IMG/VR virus record: IMGVR_UViG_3300035561_000135 | Location: 1-35,106 of that record | Source of the DNA: a virus | Lineage: Duplodnaviria; Caudoviricetes | Reading direction: 5' to 3' (one strand) | Length of the DNA: 35,106 nt | In this document: positions 8,895 to 17,817 of the stretch, piece by piece | Numbering within the stretch: position 1 is the stretch's first letter | Layout of the letters: every line of letters starts with the position of its first letter | The notes under the pieces: model-generated | Database searches by the model: none | Told to the model about the DNA's origin: nothing | Seen by the model: the letters and a program-made list of their open reading frames with translations, nothing else | Program-made: the position numbers and the translations under genes

Positions 8895-9845
8895 ATGGCA
8901 CGACCGGCAAAGAACAATTTAGAATATTTCTCTCATGATAATAAAATGAGAAATGACCGGAAAATAAAGGCACTAAGGGCGAAGTTTGGTTTAACTGGCT
9001 ATGCTGTTTATTGCATGATGTTGGAATGTTTAAGTGAATCAGATTTGCTTATTATTGAGTGGAATGAAATTGAGATTGAATTAGTTTCCGGAGATTTTAC
9101 TATAGTTTCCGAAGAATTAATTCAGATAATTGACTATTGTTGTTATTTGGGATTACTAAATCGATCGAATGGCTATCTTTTTTGTAAAAAATTAGATATT
9201 AGAGCAGATCAGGTTTTTGGGAAGCGAGTTTACAATTTAGATCAATTACGAACCGAAAAAGGGATTAATGTGACGGAAACCCCTGTTTCCGAAGCGGAAA
9301 CTCCTGACTTGCAACCGGAAACCCCTATTTCAGAACAGAAAACTCCTGACTTGCAACCGGAAACTCCACAAAACAAAAGAAAAGAAAAGAAAAGTAAAGA
9401 AAAAGTTTATAATAAGACGAACATTAATAATAATAACAAATCTACGATAGATAAAATGACTAATAATAATTATATTAATAATAAAGGGCAAGTTGATCAC
9501 GATAATTCAAAATCAGCTGAACCTGATATCCCCGTTCGTTCGTCTAAAGAAAAAACTGTTTTTCAAATCAAGTGTGAATATCTCAGGAAGAATTTAACAG
9601 GGAAACCATTTAAACCAGATTCGGATAAAAAGGTTCGTATAGTAAATGACAAGACTCTCGATCGGATAATTGCCAAATACAGTATCGATGATTTATTGAA
9701 ATGGTATTTTTATACTGTTCATCAATCAGCGAAGAAAAAGATAAATCACTTTGCTTCATATTATTTTCTGTGCCTGGAACATAATTTTACGATCGATGAC
9801 AGTCTTTTGCATAAAATAAAAAAACAGATCAAGGGAGTAGCATGA
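8895..9845 (+). CDS. Replication initiator (DUF4373 / Lin1244-like N-terminal domain)
   Basis: MARP....LEYFSHD..MRNDRKIKALRAKFG..GYAVY; internal repeat linker then KRKEKKSKE; GGAGG RBS. Confidence 0.85.
   Translation: MARPAKNNLEYFSHDNKMRNDRKIKALRAKFGLTGYAVYCMMLECLSESDLLIIEWNEIEIELVSGDFTIVSEELIQIIDYCCYLGLLNRSNGYLFCKKLDIRADQVFGKRVYNLDQLRTEKGINVTETPVSEAETPDLQPETPISEQKTPDLQPETPQNKRKEKKSKEKVYNKTNINNNNKSTIDKMTNNNYINNKGQVDHDNSKSAEPDIPVRSSKEKTVFQIKCEYLRKNLTGKPFKPDSDKKVRIVNDKTLDRIIAKYSIDDLLKWYFYTVHQSAKKKINHFASYYFLCLEHNFTIDDSLLHKIKKQIKGVA
9274..9368 (+). repeat. 21-bp tandem iterons (putative replication origin)
   Basis: cggaaacccctgtttccgaag / cggaaactcctgacttgcaac / cggaaacccctatttcagaac / agaaaactcctgacttgcaac / cggaaactcca, followed by an A-rich tract. 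Confidence 0.8.
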
Positions 9846-10003
9846 TGGAAAAAAAATCTTATCGCTATCGCTGTGCAAGAACCGGCAGATATGTAACGAA
9901 AGAGTATGCAGAGAAAAACCCTGATACAACCGTCAGGATCACTGTGAGAAATAAAGGGAAAAGCAAAAACAAATTGGCAGAAAAACCTGGCTTTGATCAA
10001 TAA
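9842..10003 (+). CDS. Small basic protein (53 aa; not in ORF track)
   Basis: ATGA overlap, AAGGGAG RBS; MMEKKSYRYRCARTGRYVTKEYAEKNPDTTVRITV... Confidence 0.7.
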   Translation: MMEKKSYRYRCARTGRYVTKEYAEKNPDTTVRITVRNKGKSKNKLAEKPGFDQ

Positions 10004-10055
10004 TCACAAAAACCAAGAGATAATAAATTTTGTGAGGGATTATCAGGAGGATAAG

Positions 10056-10424
10056 ATGCAAATAAGTGAACTATGTAAAAAGGCACACAGATGTGCAAGC
10101 GATAAGGGATTTTGGAAAGAAGAAAGGGAGACAGGAACTCTTCTAATGTTAATCGTGTCTGAGCTGGGGGAAGCACTCGAAGCAGACAGAAAAAACAGAA
10201 ATGCAGCTACAATAACATTTAATGATCTTACGCAAAATCAAGGGATAGATTCTGATATTGCTTTTGAAGAATGCATAAAAGATTCATTTGAAGATGAACT
10301 TGCTGATGTGTTTATTCGGCTTGCTGACCTATGCGAAGGCAGAGACATAGACATAGAAACTTTTATTGAACTCAAAATGGAATACAATAAAACTCGTGAT
10401 TACAAACATGGTAAAAAATACTAA
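10056..10424 (+). CDS. MazG-like (all-alpha) nucleotide pyrophosphohydrolase
   Basis: AH..A..KGFW, LIVSELGEALEADRK, EDELADVFIRLAD, KMEYN..R.YKHGKKY; AGGAGG RBS before ATG at 10056. Confidence 0.88.
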   Translation: MQISELCKKAHRCASDKGFWKEERETGTLLMLIVSELGEALEADRKNRNAATITFNDLTQNQGIDSDIAFEECIKDSFEDELADVFIRLADLCEGRDIDIETFIELKMEYNKTRDYKHGKKY

Positions 10425-10484
10425 TGCCTATAACGCCCCTCTGCCCCGTAAACCGGGGAGAGCGGTGTTATTGAGGTATAAATA

Positions 10485-10763
10485 ATGCCAAAAAAAGCAA
10501 AGATAATCGAATTTCCAAAATTCACACAGGTCTTGAATGGGCATGTTTATAAATGTGAATCAATAGAAGCTGGTTTACCAGGGCATTTGAAGATAATCTC
10601 GCCATACGCAATATTCATTTGTGAAAAAGCAGTTGGAGTTTTTGACGTGAAAGATATTTCAGGAGCGTTCAAATTAGTCGATGATATAACTAACCAAGCC
10701 TACGTAACTTTTGGAATTGAAAGCAAAGAGACGTTGCAAATTATTCAATATGTGAGAACATAA
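10485..10763 (+). CDS. Hypothetical protein
   Basis: GAGGT RBS; 92 aa. Confidence 0.7.
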   Translation: MPKKAKIIEFPKFTQVLNGHVYKCESIEAGLPGHLKIISPYAIFICEKAVGVFDVKDISGAFKLVDDITNQAYVTFGIESKETLQIIQYVRT

Positions 10764-10949
10764 ATGAGATATACCTATTTAGGCGATAAGCTTACTGATC
10801 AATCATTGAAAGGAATTCAATGTAATCCGATTCGCAGAGCTGATGGGAAATGCATTGTTTCTATGCGGATGGGTTCTGCATTGGTTGAAACTGAAGATGG
10901 TCAAAAGATCATCGTAAACCGCAGAAGGTTAAGATTGAATGTCAAATGA
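10764..10949 (+). CDS. Hypothetical phage protein
   Basis: 61 aa, abuts upstream stop; YTYLGD.LTD..LKG..C..IRR.DGKCI. Confidence 0.7.
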   Translation: MRYTYLGDKLTDQSLKGIQCNPIRRADGKCIVSMRMGSALVETEDGQKIIVNRRRLRLNVK

Positions 10950-11244
10950 ATCGATAACAATAGAAAATCTGATTCGTGAATTGAAGCTGAAAAGTTACAA
11001 TCAGAATGAGTATATTTTTTTCCAGGAATTGATCGATGAAATTTACAAGTTGACAAAAAATAGGAAAATCTATCGAAATGGAATTGTGTTTTTCGGAAAG
11101 AAAAGATGTGTGATTAATAATCTTGATCTGGCTCTGCATTGTTCGGGCGGAACTTTCAGCCATGTAGAACAGATCGAGCCGGACGGATCATCACAGACTT
11201 TCCGGAAAGATGATTTTAGTTATAGTTCTTTAAAACAGATTTGA
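10939..11244 (+). CDS. Hypothetical protein
   Basis: 101 aa, overlaps upstream gene. Confidence 0.6.
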   Translation: MSNESITIENLIRELKLKSYNQNEYIFFQELIDEIYKLTKNRKIYRNGIVFFGKKRCVINNLDLALHCSGGTFSHVEQIEPDGSSQTFRKDDFSYSSLKQI

Positions 11245-11286
11245 TAAAAAGCTGAGATAATAAAGCTTTTTGGTATTGGGAAAACC

Positions 11287-11335
11287 AGCCGAACTTAGCG
11301 ACATGCTACAAGTATGTCCGGGTTCGGCTTTTTTT
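11287..11335 (+). terminator. Intrinsic terminator-like hairpin ahead of terS
   Basis: AGCCGAACT...GACATGCT-ACA-AGTATGTC...GGTTCGGCT ending in a T7 run. Confidence 0.7.
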
Positions 11336-11359
11336 GCAAACAGAAAAAAAATGGGAGAT

Positions 11360-11902
11360 ATGAAGAAGTTAACGAAAAAGCAGAATATATTCTGTCATGA
11401 GTATATAAAAGACTGGAATGGGACCAGGGCAGCCATAGCCGCCGGATATTCCAAAAAGACGGCAGCGCTAATTGCTCATGAAAATATAAGAAAACCAAAT
11501 ATTCAGGCTTTTATTAACAAAATAGAAGAGAATATCGAAAAAGAAGCCGGGCTGAGCAAACTCCTGGTTCTTTTGGAGCATAAAAAAATAGCTTTTTCTT
11601 CAATATCTCATTTGCATCAAACCTGGATAGAAAGAACAGAATTTGACAAATTGACAGGCGAGCAGAAAGCCTGTATCCAAGAGATAAGCACTAAAACAAT
11701 CAAAAAAAACACAGGGACTAACGAGGTGCCGGAAATTTGCGAAATAGAATATGTGAAGATCAAGCTTTATGATAAACAGAAGTCTTTGGACAGCATAACA
11801 AAGATGTTGGGTTTTGAAGCGCCACAGAGTGTTGAGATAAAAGGGTTCCAATCATTTGCAGATTTGATGATGGAAGTAATGAAAAATGAGAAAAATAACT
11901 GA
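11360..11902 (+). CDS. terS: Terminase small subunit
   Basis: LTKKQ..FC.EY..DWNGTRAAIAAGYSKKTA...ENIRKPNIQ; KIKLYDKQKSL; GGGAG RBS before ATG at 11360. Confidence 0.93.
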   Translation: MKKLTKKQNIFCHEYIKDWNGTRAAIAAGYSKKTAALIAHENIRKPNIQAFINKIEENIEKEAGLSKLLVLLEHKKIAFSSISHLHQTWIERTEFDKLTGEQKACIQEISTKTIKKNTGTNEVPEICEIEYVKIKLYDKQKSLDSITKMLGFEAPQSVEIKGFQSFADLMMEVMKNEKNN

Positions 11903-13367
11903 TAATGATCTTAACCTGATCCACGAATACCGGCAAGACTGGAATAAATATGCCTGGGATGTGCTGAATGTGCGTCTTGATAAAAAGCAGCAGGAAGTGC
12001 TCTTTACAATACAGGTGAATAAAAGAACGACCATAAGAAGCGGACATAAACGAGGAAAGGATTATACAGCAGCAACGGCGACTTTGTGTTATTTTTATTT
12101 GAACCCGCCTTGCAAAGTTATTCTAACCGCACCTTCCGGCAGGCAGGTGGAATCGATCATGATGGCAGAGATCGCCAAAATACATGCCAATGCCAAGATA
12201 CCTTTGGGCGGCAGGGTGCTGAATGATATGATCAAATTCGATAAAAAGGAATATGCCGACTGGTATCTTCTGGGATTCAAGGCAGATCATTATCATCCAG
12301 AAGCCTGGACCGGTTACAACTCGCCGAATAACATGATCGTGATGACAGAAGCAAGCGGGATCGATGATGCTATCTTCGATGCCATCGAAGGAATGGACGC
12401 TAAAATGGTGATTGTATTTAACCCGCGCTATACAATTGGCAGAGCTTATGAAACTTCTAAATCCAAATACTGGGAATCGGTGAAATTATCCTCTCTGGAT
12501 TCTCCGAATGTGGTAGCAAAAGAAGAAATCATTCCCGGGCAGGTGACTTATGACTGGGTGAAAGAGAGAATCGAACGCTGGTGTGAAGAAATCGATAAAA
12601 AAGAAATGAACATCGATTATAATGATTTTGAATTTGAAGGCAGATGCTATCGACCGAATGATGATTTCCGCATAAAAGCGTTGGGAGAATTCCCACGAGA
12701 AAGCGAAGACATCTTAATCCCAATGACCTGGATAGAAGCAGCAGTAGAACGATGGAAAACATACAAAGGGAAATTTCCGGAAAGCCCAAAAAGGATCGGC
12801 ACGGACGTTGCCGGCGAAGGCAGGGATAAAACCGTGCATGTGATCAGAGTGCAAGATGTGATTCCTGAGATAAAAAGTTATTTGAAACAGGATCATATGG
12901 TTACAGCCGGTCAGATCAAGGTGATGCTGGACAATCCCAAACATGAAAGTTTCATCGATACGATCGGAGAGGGAGCCGGTGTATATTCCCGCTTGAAAGA
13001 GCAAAACGTTCCCGGAATACATTCGGCAAAATTTTCTCATTCGGCAAAATATCATCGAGATCTAACCGGAGAGAGAACATTTTACCAGATGAGAGATTAT
13101 TGCTTCTGGGCAATTCGGGACTGGCTGAATCCTCATTATGATTCCCAAGCGGCAATCCCGCCGATCCCGGAATTGATCGAAGAACTTAATTCCATAAAAT
13201 ATGCGTATCAATCTAATGGAGATATAAAAATAGAAGCCAAGGATGATATCAAAGAGAGGATCGGCAGATCACCGGACTATGCCGATGCACTGGCTTTGAC
13301 ATTCTATCCATCTAAAAGAAGAAAAGACATAAAACCACAAACAAAATCGAGTTTGGGAATATATTAG
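11886..13367 (+). CDS. terL: Terminase large subunit
   Basis: Walker A RSGHKRGKD, TAPS.RQV, Walker B variant IVMTEASG, FNP coupling motif, nuclease GTDVAG.GRD, IDTIGEGAGV, RSPDYADALAL. Confidence 0.95.
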   Translation: MRKITDNDLNLIHEYRQDWNKYAWDVLNVRLDKKQQEVLFTIQVNKRTTIRSGHKRGKDYTAATATLCYFYLNPPCKVILTAPSGRQVESIMMAEIAKIHANAKIPLGGRVLNDMIKFDKKEYADWYLLGFKADHYHPEAWTGYNSPNNMIVMTEASGIDDAIFDAIEGMDAKMVIVFNPRYTIGRAYETSKSKYWESVKLSSLDSPNVVAKEEIIPGQVTYDWVKERIERWCEEIDKKEMNIDYNDFEFEGRCYRPNDDFRIKALGEFPRESEDILIPMTWIEAAVERWKTYKGKFPESPKRIGTDVAGEGRDKTVHVIRVQDVIPEIKSYLKQDHMVTAGQIKVMLDNPKHESFIDTIGEGAGVYSRLKEQNVPGIHSAKFSHSAKYHRDLTGERTFYQMRDYCFWAIRDWLNPHYDSQAAIPPIPELIEELNSIKYAYQSNGDIKIEAKDDIKERIGRSPDYADALALTFYPSKRRKDIKPQTKSSLGIY

Positions 13368-13379
13368 GAGAGGTGAGAA

Positions 13380-14819
13380 ATGAGAATTCAAGAAATTATG
13401 GCTTTAAATGATCCGAAAAAGATCTTTGATAAATTGTGTGTTGATAAAATTGATTCCAGGGATTTATCCAAAAACCTGAATGAATTTGCTGGACAGCACA
13501 AAATTCTGGAAAGACCGGATAAGATGATAGGTAAAGATGCAGAGGTATTGGCTGACGGCAAACGCATTCCAAGCACAAAGAAGATAGTTTCACAGGCAAA
13601 GCTGGTGTTAAGGATCCAGGATAAAATAGTGAGAATGGCAGCAGCGTTTTTATTTGGGAAGCCGGTGAAGATGATATTGGAGGAAAGTTCTAATGAATTG
13701 GATAACAGCTTTGAACTATTGAAGAAAACTTTGCGCGATGTGAAAATAGATTATTTCAACAAACGGCTTGCACGGCAAGTATTCATAGAATCAAAAGCAG
13801 CGGAATTGTGGTATCTGGTGCCGAAGATGAAAGCAGATGAGAAAGGCGATCTGCAATTGGAAGGGGCAGAAATAAAGGTGGTGCTGCTCTGCAAAAAGCG
13901 TGGAGATGAGATTTATCCGCATTTCGATGAATATGGAGACATGGACGCCTTTATTCGCAGATATTCGGCTTTGGACATTAAAGGCAGAGCCATTGAATAC
14001 ACCGAGATCTATACAGCTGAGAAAATCTATTATTATAAAAAAAGCATTTCCGGAAATTCTTATGAAACTATGGTGAGAAAGAACCTGATCGGAAAAATCC
14101 CGGTGGTTTACTATGATCAGGAAGAAACCGAATGGGCGAAAGTGCAGAGATTGATCGAACGTCTGGAACTGGTGATAAGCAAACATGCGGATACAAACGA
14201 TTATTTTGCATCACCATCGGTAGTGGGAAAAGGTGAAATAGAATCCGCTCCCACGAAAGAAGAAGTTGGGAAATTCTTCCAGATAAAGGCAGAGTATGAT
14301 GAAGCGGGAAAGCCGGAATATGGCAGTCTGGAATATCTGACCTGGGATCAATCACCGGAATCTTTGAGACTGGAAATTCAGAATCTTTTGAAATTCATTT
14401 ACAGCTTGACTGAGACTCCTGATCTGAGCTTCAATAATTTGAAAGATATAGGATCGAATCTTTCCGGAATAGCAATTCAAATGATGTTCTTGGATTCGAT
14501 CTTGAAATCTTATGAAAAGCAGGAGATCTTCGGTGAAGGATTGGACAGACGAGTGAACATTTTAAAAGCAATGCTTTCACAGATAAACGTGAAAGAAAAG
14601 GCAGGTCTGGATAAAATGGTTATCAATCATGAGTTTGGCTCGATAATGCCGGAGAACGTGAAAGAGATAATCGAATCACTGGCGGAATCACGCCCGGGAG
14701 CAAACCTGATAAGTGAAGAAACAGCCATGAAACATCATCCTTTTGTGAGCAATCATGAAAGTGAGGGCAAGCTTATGGCTGAAGAAAAAAAACAGGATAT
14801 GGGAGAAAGTTATGAATGA
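13380..14819 (+). CDS. Portal protein, SPP1 type
   Basis: AAFLFGKPV, GKIPVVYY, DTNDYFASP, LSGIAI; follows terL. Confidence 0.93.
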   Translation: MRIQEIMALNDPKKIFDKLCVDKIDSRDLSKNLNEFAGQHKILERPDKMIGKDAEVLADGKRIPSTKKIVSQAKLVLRIQDKIVRMAAAFLFGKPVKMILEESSNELDNSFELLKKTLRDVKIDYFNKRLARQVFIESKAAELWYLVPKMKADEKGDLQLEGAEIKVVLLCKKRGDEIYPHFDEYGDMDAFIRRYSALDIKGRAIEYTEIYTAEKIYYYKKSISGNSYETMVRKNLIGKIPVVYYDQEETEWAKVQRLIERLELVISKHADTNDYFASPSVVGKGEIESAPTKEEVGKFFQIKAEYDEAGKPEYGSLEYLTWDQSPESLRLEIQNLLKFIYSLTETPDLSFNNLKDIGSNLSGIAIQMMFLDSILKSYEKQEIFGEGLDRRVNILKAMLSQINVKEKAGLDKMVINHEFGSIMPENVKEIIESLAESRPGANLISEETAMKHHPFVSNHESEGKLMAEEKKQDMGESYE

Positions 14820-15207
14820 AAAAAAAGCGATCGAAGTTTTGAAAGAATATCTGAAAGCATGGAAAAACAGGGATTATGAGCTGATGTTCCGAAAATCCCA
14901 GAAGACTTACAGGGCAGTACATCGGGATAGAAAGGAAGCGGATATCGAAGCCTTTATCGGATCGAAGGAGCTGACATCCTACAAGCTGGGAGATCCGCTG
15001 GAACTGGGTGAAGCGATGGTAGAAATTCCTGTGGAGATTTACTACCAGCAGCAGAAAGAGAAATATCACAAAATGATTAAGGTGAGAGTGATCAAAGAGA
15101 TCGAAGCATACAAACCAAGCGTGAACGGAACCTGGGGTGTGAATCCGATCTCTGCATTCAGAGAAGAAGAACCAAAAAAGGTGAAGGAGAAAAAAGATGA
15201 AAGCTAA
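14812..15207 (+). CDS. Hypothetical protein (alpha+beta, NTF2-like pattern)
   Basis: GGAGA RBS, overlap with portal stop; EYLKAWKNRDYELM...WGVNP. Confidence 0.65.
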   Translation: MNEKKAIEVLKEYLKAWKNRDYELMFRKSQKTYRAVHRDRKEADIEAFIGSKELTSYKLGDPLELGEAMVEIPVEIYYQQQKEKYHKMIKVRVIKEIEAYKPSVNGTWGVNPISAFREEEPKKVKEKKDES

Positions 15208-15808
15208 TTTTGTAGTTGCAAAATCATTTATCGAGGAAGGTGATCCCAAACTCGATCAGTTATTTTCGATGATGATCGTGAACGAAAAGACAGAAAACGG
15301 AGACGCCGTGAATTATCAGGCAACTTCCAGCATATTTGACGGCAAGGATTCACTCAATTTTGTAATCGGATATAAAGACGGAGCATTCGAAGCCTTCCCA
15401 GCAGAAAAAGAGCTGCCGGCAGGCTGGCTATATCTGAACAGGAAAGGCGGAAGGTTCGGAGCAAAAATCCAGAACACAGAGCAGAAAACAAAAGAACCTG
15501 AAAAGCTATCCGGCTATGAAGATTTGAAATATCATGAGCTTCTGGCACAGGCAAAAGAGAAGGGATTTGATCCGAAAGAACATGCAGATAAAAAGAAAAA
15601 CACTTTGATAAACTTCCTGGAAAAAGAACCGGAAGAAGAGCCTGAAATCGACATCAATGAGATTAATTTCTTTGAAGTGCAGGTGGATAACAAAGTGAAA
15701 AACGCAACCGGATATTTGAACATCGGGGCTGTGATAGGTGATAATAAAGAATTTGAACATTCATTTACCGAGATGCTGGAAAACGGCTGGATAAAACCAG
15801 TTGAATAA
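15197..15808 (+). CDS. Hypothetical protein with Rho-N/HeH-like segment
   Basis: YEDLKYHELLAQAKEKGF...KKNTLINFL; AAGGAG RBS. Confidence 0.65.
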   Translation: MKANFVVAKSFIEEGDPKLDQLFSMMIVNEKTENGDAVNYQATSSIFDGKDSLNFVIGYKDGAFEAFPAEKELPAGWLYLNRKGGRFGAKIQNTEQKTKEPEKLSGYEDLKYHELLAQAKEKGFDPKEHADKKKNTLINFLEKEPEEEPEIDINEINFFEVQVDNKVKNATGYLNIGAVIGDNKEFEHSFTEMLENGWIKPVE

Positions 15809-16836
15809 TGGATATATTTGAGCAGCGATTACGGAATTTGATCGGGCAATATGAACGATTGGTCGAGAAGATATTGCTGCAGGCAGATAAGGAAATAGCC
15901 GGAAGGATCACAAAACATAAAGCTAAATACCCGGGCAGTTATTCGGAAGGTTTGTTTTACAGCAGGAACAGGCAGCTTGAGAGGGAAATCGATGAGATAC
16001 TTGGAGCTGTGCAACAAAAAATTGAAACAGGTATAACCAAATGCAGTGAGAGCAGTTGGAAATTGGCAAATGAAAAAAGTGATGCGATTGTGAATGATTT
16101 TACCGAAGGATATGCGCTAAGTGGAACTTTGAAGGCGAGTTTTCATCAATTGAACCTGGAAGCAATGACATCTTTTTTGCAGCGAGCAGTGCAGGGAATG
16201 AACCTGAGTGAGAGGATATGGAGATTGACCAAGATAAAGAAATATATGCTGGAAAAATATCTGGCTTCCGGGCTTTCCGTGGGTAAAAGCGCAGCAGCTA
16301 TCAGCCGGGACATAAGAAGATTCGAGATAAATCCGAATATGCTGTTTCGGCGGGTGAGAAATGCAGATGGTGATCTGAAATTATCCAAATCTGCATTGGC
16401 TTATAATCCGGGGCAGGGAGTTTATAGATCTTCTTATAAAAATGCAATGAGATTGACGCGAACTGAGATAAACATGGCTTTCCGGACCGCTGAATTTCAC
16501 CGGAGAAAACAACTGCCATTTGTGACCGGCATTCGGGTGGAGCTGAGTGCTTCTCATCCCAGACATGATATTTGCGATGCGATGGAAGGAGAATATCCGC
16601 CGGATTTTTTATTTATCGGCTGGCATCCGCAATGTTTGTGTTTTACAACCGCTATAATGCTACCGAAAGATGAATTTGTGAAATACCTGGATAGCGGGAA
16701 TGTGCCGGCTGAAAGATACGTAAGTTCAATTCCGGAGAAAGCAAAGAATTACATCGAAGATAATAAAGGCAGGTTCTTGAAAATGAAGAATCTGCCGTAT
16801 TTCTTGAGGGAAAATAGGAAGTTTATTGAGGTGTAG
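15808..16836 (+). CDS. Head morphogenesis / minor capsid protein (SPP1 gp7 / Mu F-like)
   Basis: LSERIW, RLTRTEINMA, HP..DICD...G.YP...WHPQCLC. Confidence 0.88.
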   Translation: MDIFEQRLRNLIGQYERLVEKILLQADKEIAGRITKHKAKYPGSYSEGLFYSRNRQLEREIDEILGAVQQKIETGITKCSESSWKLANEKSDAIVNDFTEGYALSGTLKASFHQLNLEAMTSFLQRAVQGMNLSERIWRLTKIKKYMLEKYLASGLSVGKSAAAISRDIRRFEINPNMLFRRVRNADGDLKLSKSALAYNPGQGVYRSSYKNAMRLTRTEINMAFRTAEFHRRKQLPFVTGIRVELSASHPRHDICDAMEGEYPPDFLFIGWHPQCLCFTTAIMLPKDEFVKYLDSGNVPAERYVSSIPEKAKNYIEDNKGRFLKMKNLPYFLRENRKFIEV

Positions 16837-16842
16837 GAAGGA

Positions 16843-17073
16843 TTATATGAGAATTCTTAGAAGTTTTTCTTCAGGGAATGTGTGTTTTAAGGTTATTCTG
16901 ATCATATCCGAAAGTTCATTTTTTTGTAAAGAATCCATTCTAATATTATTTCCAACATCAATTTTGCCATACATTTCATGAAGATTATCGCTTTGAACTA
17001 ATTCAAACCTTCTTTCTTGGATTTTGTCATCGTTTGATTTTGTTTCAATTTTACAGAAAATTAATAAATACAT
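16843..17073 (-). CDS. Hypothetical protein (moron)
   Basis: Opposite strand, GAGG RBS; 76 aa. Confidence 0.55.
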   Translation of the reverse strand: MYLLIFCKIETKSNDDKIQERRFELVQSDNLHEMYGKIDVGNNIRMDSLQKNELSDMIRITLKHTFPEEKLLRILI

Positions 17074-17081
17074 CTTTCCTC

Positions 17082-17535
17082 CTATTTTATTAAAATCATT
17101 TTTCTGCTTGCTAACACGTTTTTACCTGAATGTAATCGATAAATATACACACCGCTGGAAACGGAGTTATTATTTTGATCTGAGCCATCCCAAGTAATTG
17201 AGACAGCGGTATTGGGAGACTTTGGAACAGAAAGAATTTTTACTTTTTGCCCCTTGACCGTTATTGTATTCATCCTCTGCATTGAAATACTAGCCGGTGT
17301 AAATGCAGATAACGCTATCCGGGCTATCGGGAGCTTGATCAGTTACTTTGAGAATATCCCAGACATCGGTATATGAGCTGGTGTAAGGGAAGGTGTTATG
17401 ATCTTTAATTATCTGATTTAAAGCATATTTAAGACTGTCATCAGTTAAGCCATTAGCGCTGTCATAATATCCGGGCGGGATCTGGGCGTGTAAAAGAGAA
17501 GAAAGAATAAAGAAAATGAGGAAAATTGATTTCAT
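17082..17535 (-). pseudogene. Captured host secreted endonuclease I gene with C-terminal FlgD-Ig domain; nonsense codon plus large internal deletion
   Basis: Signal peptide + QIPPGYYDSANGLT..LK.AL..II..H...PYTSS.TDVWDIL; TAG at 17290-17292; same frame continues YFNAEDEYNNGQG; frame then switches to KGQKVK...WDGSDQNNNSVSSGVYIYRL...RKMILIK. Confidence 0.85.
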
Positions 17536-17817
17536 AACTCTCCTTCAGATAAAAAACTTATCAATTAAAATTTTACACTTCAGTATATTTCAAGGCTCAT
17601 CGGACTAAATAAAGCCTGTTTTTATATCGAAAATCTAATTATAATTGTCAATAAAAATCTAATAATAATGAATAAAATAACAAGTTAAGTAAATTTTATT
17701 TGACAGAAAAAGCGGTAGTGACATTAAATTGAACCAGATTTAAAAGAGTTCTTTAGAAAGCTGAAAATGTGGCTGATATAATAAGCAGCCGCGATTGTAT
17801 TTAGTAGCGGAAAAACC

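Noticed and set aside
17290-17292. TAG as evidence of stop-codon reassignment
   Set aside because: It is an isolated case in a gene also broken by a deletion. Other genes are full length under the standard code and several end in TAG.
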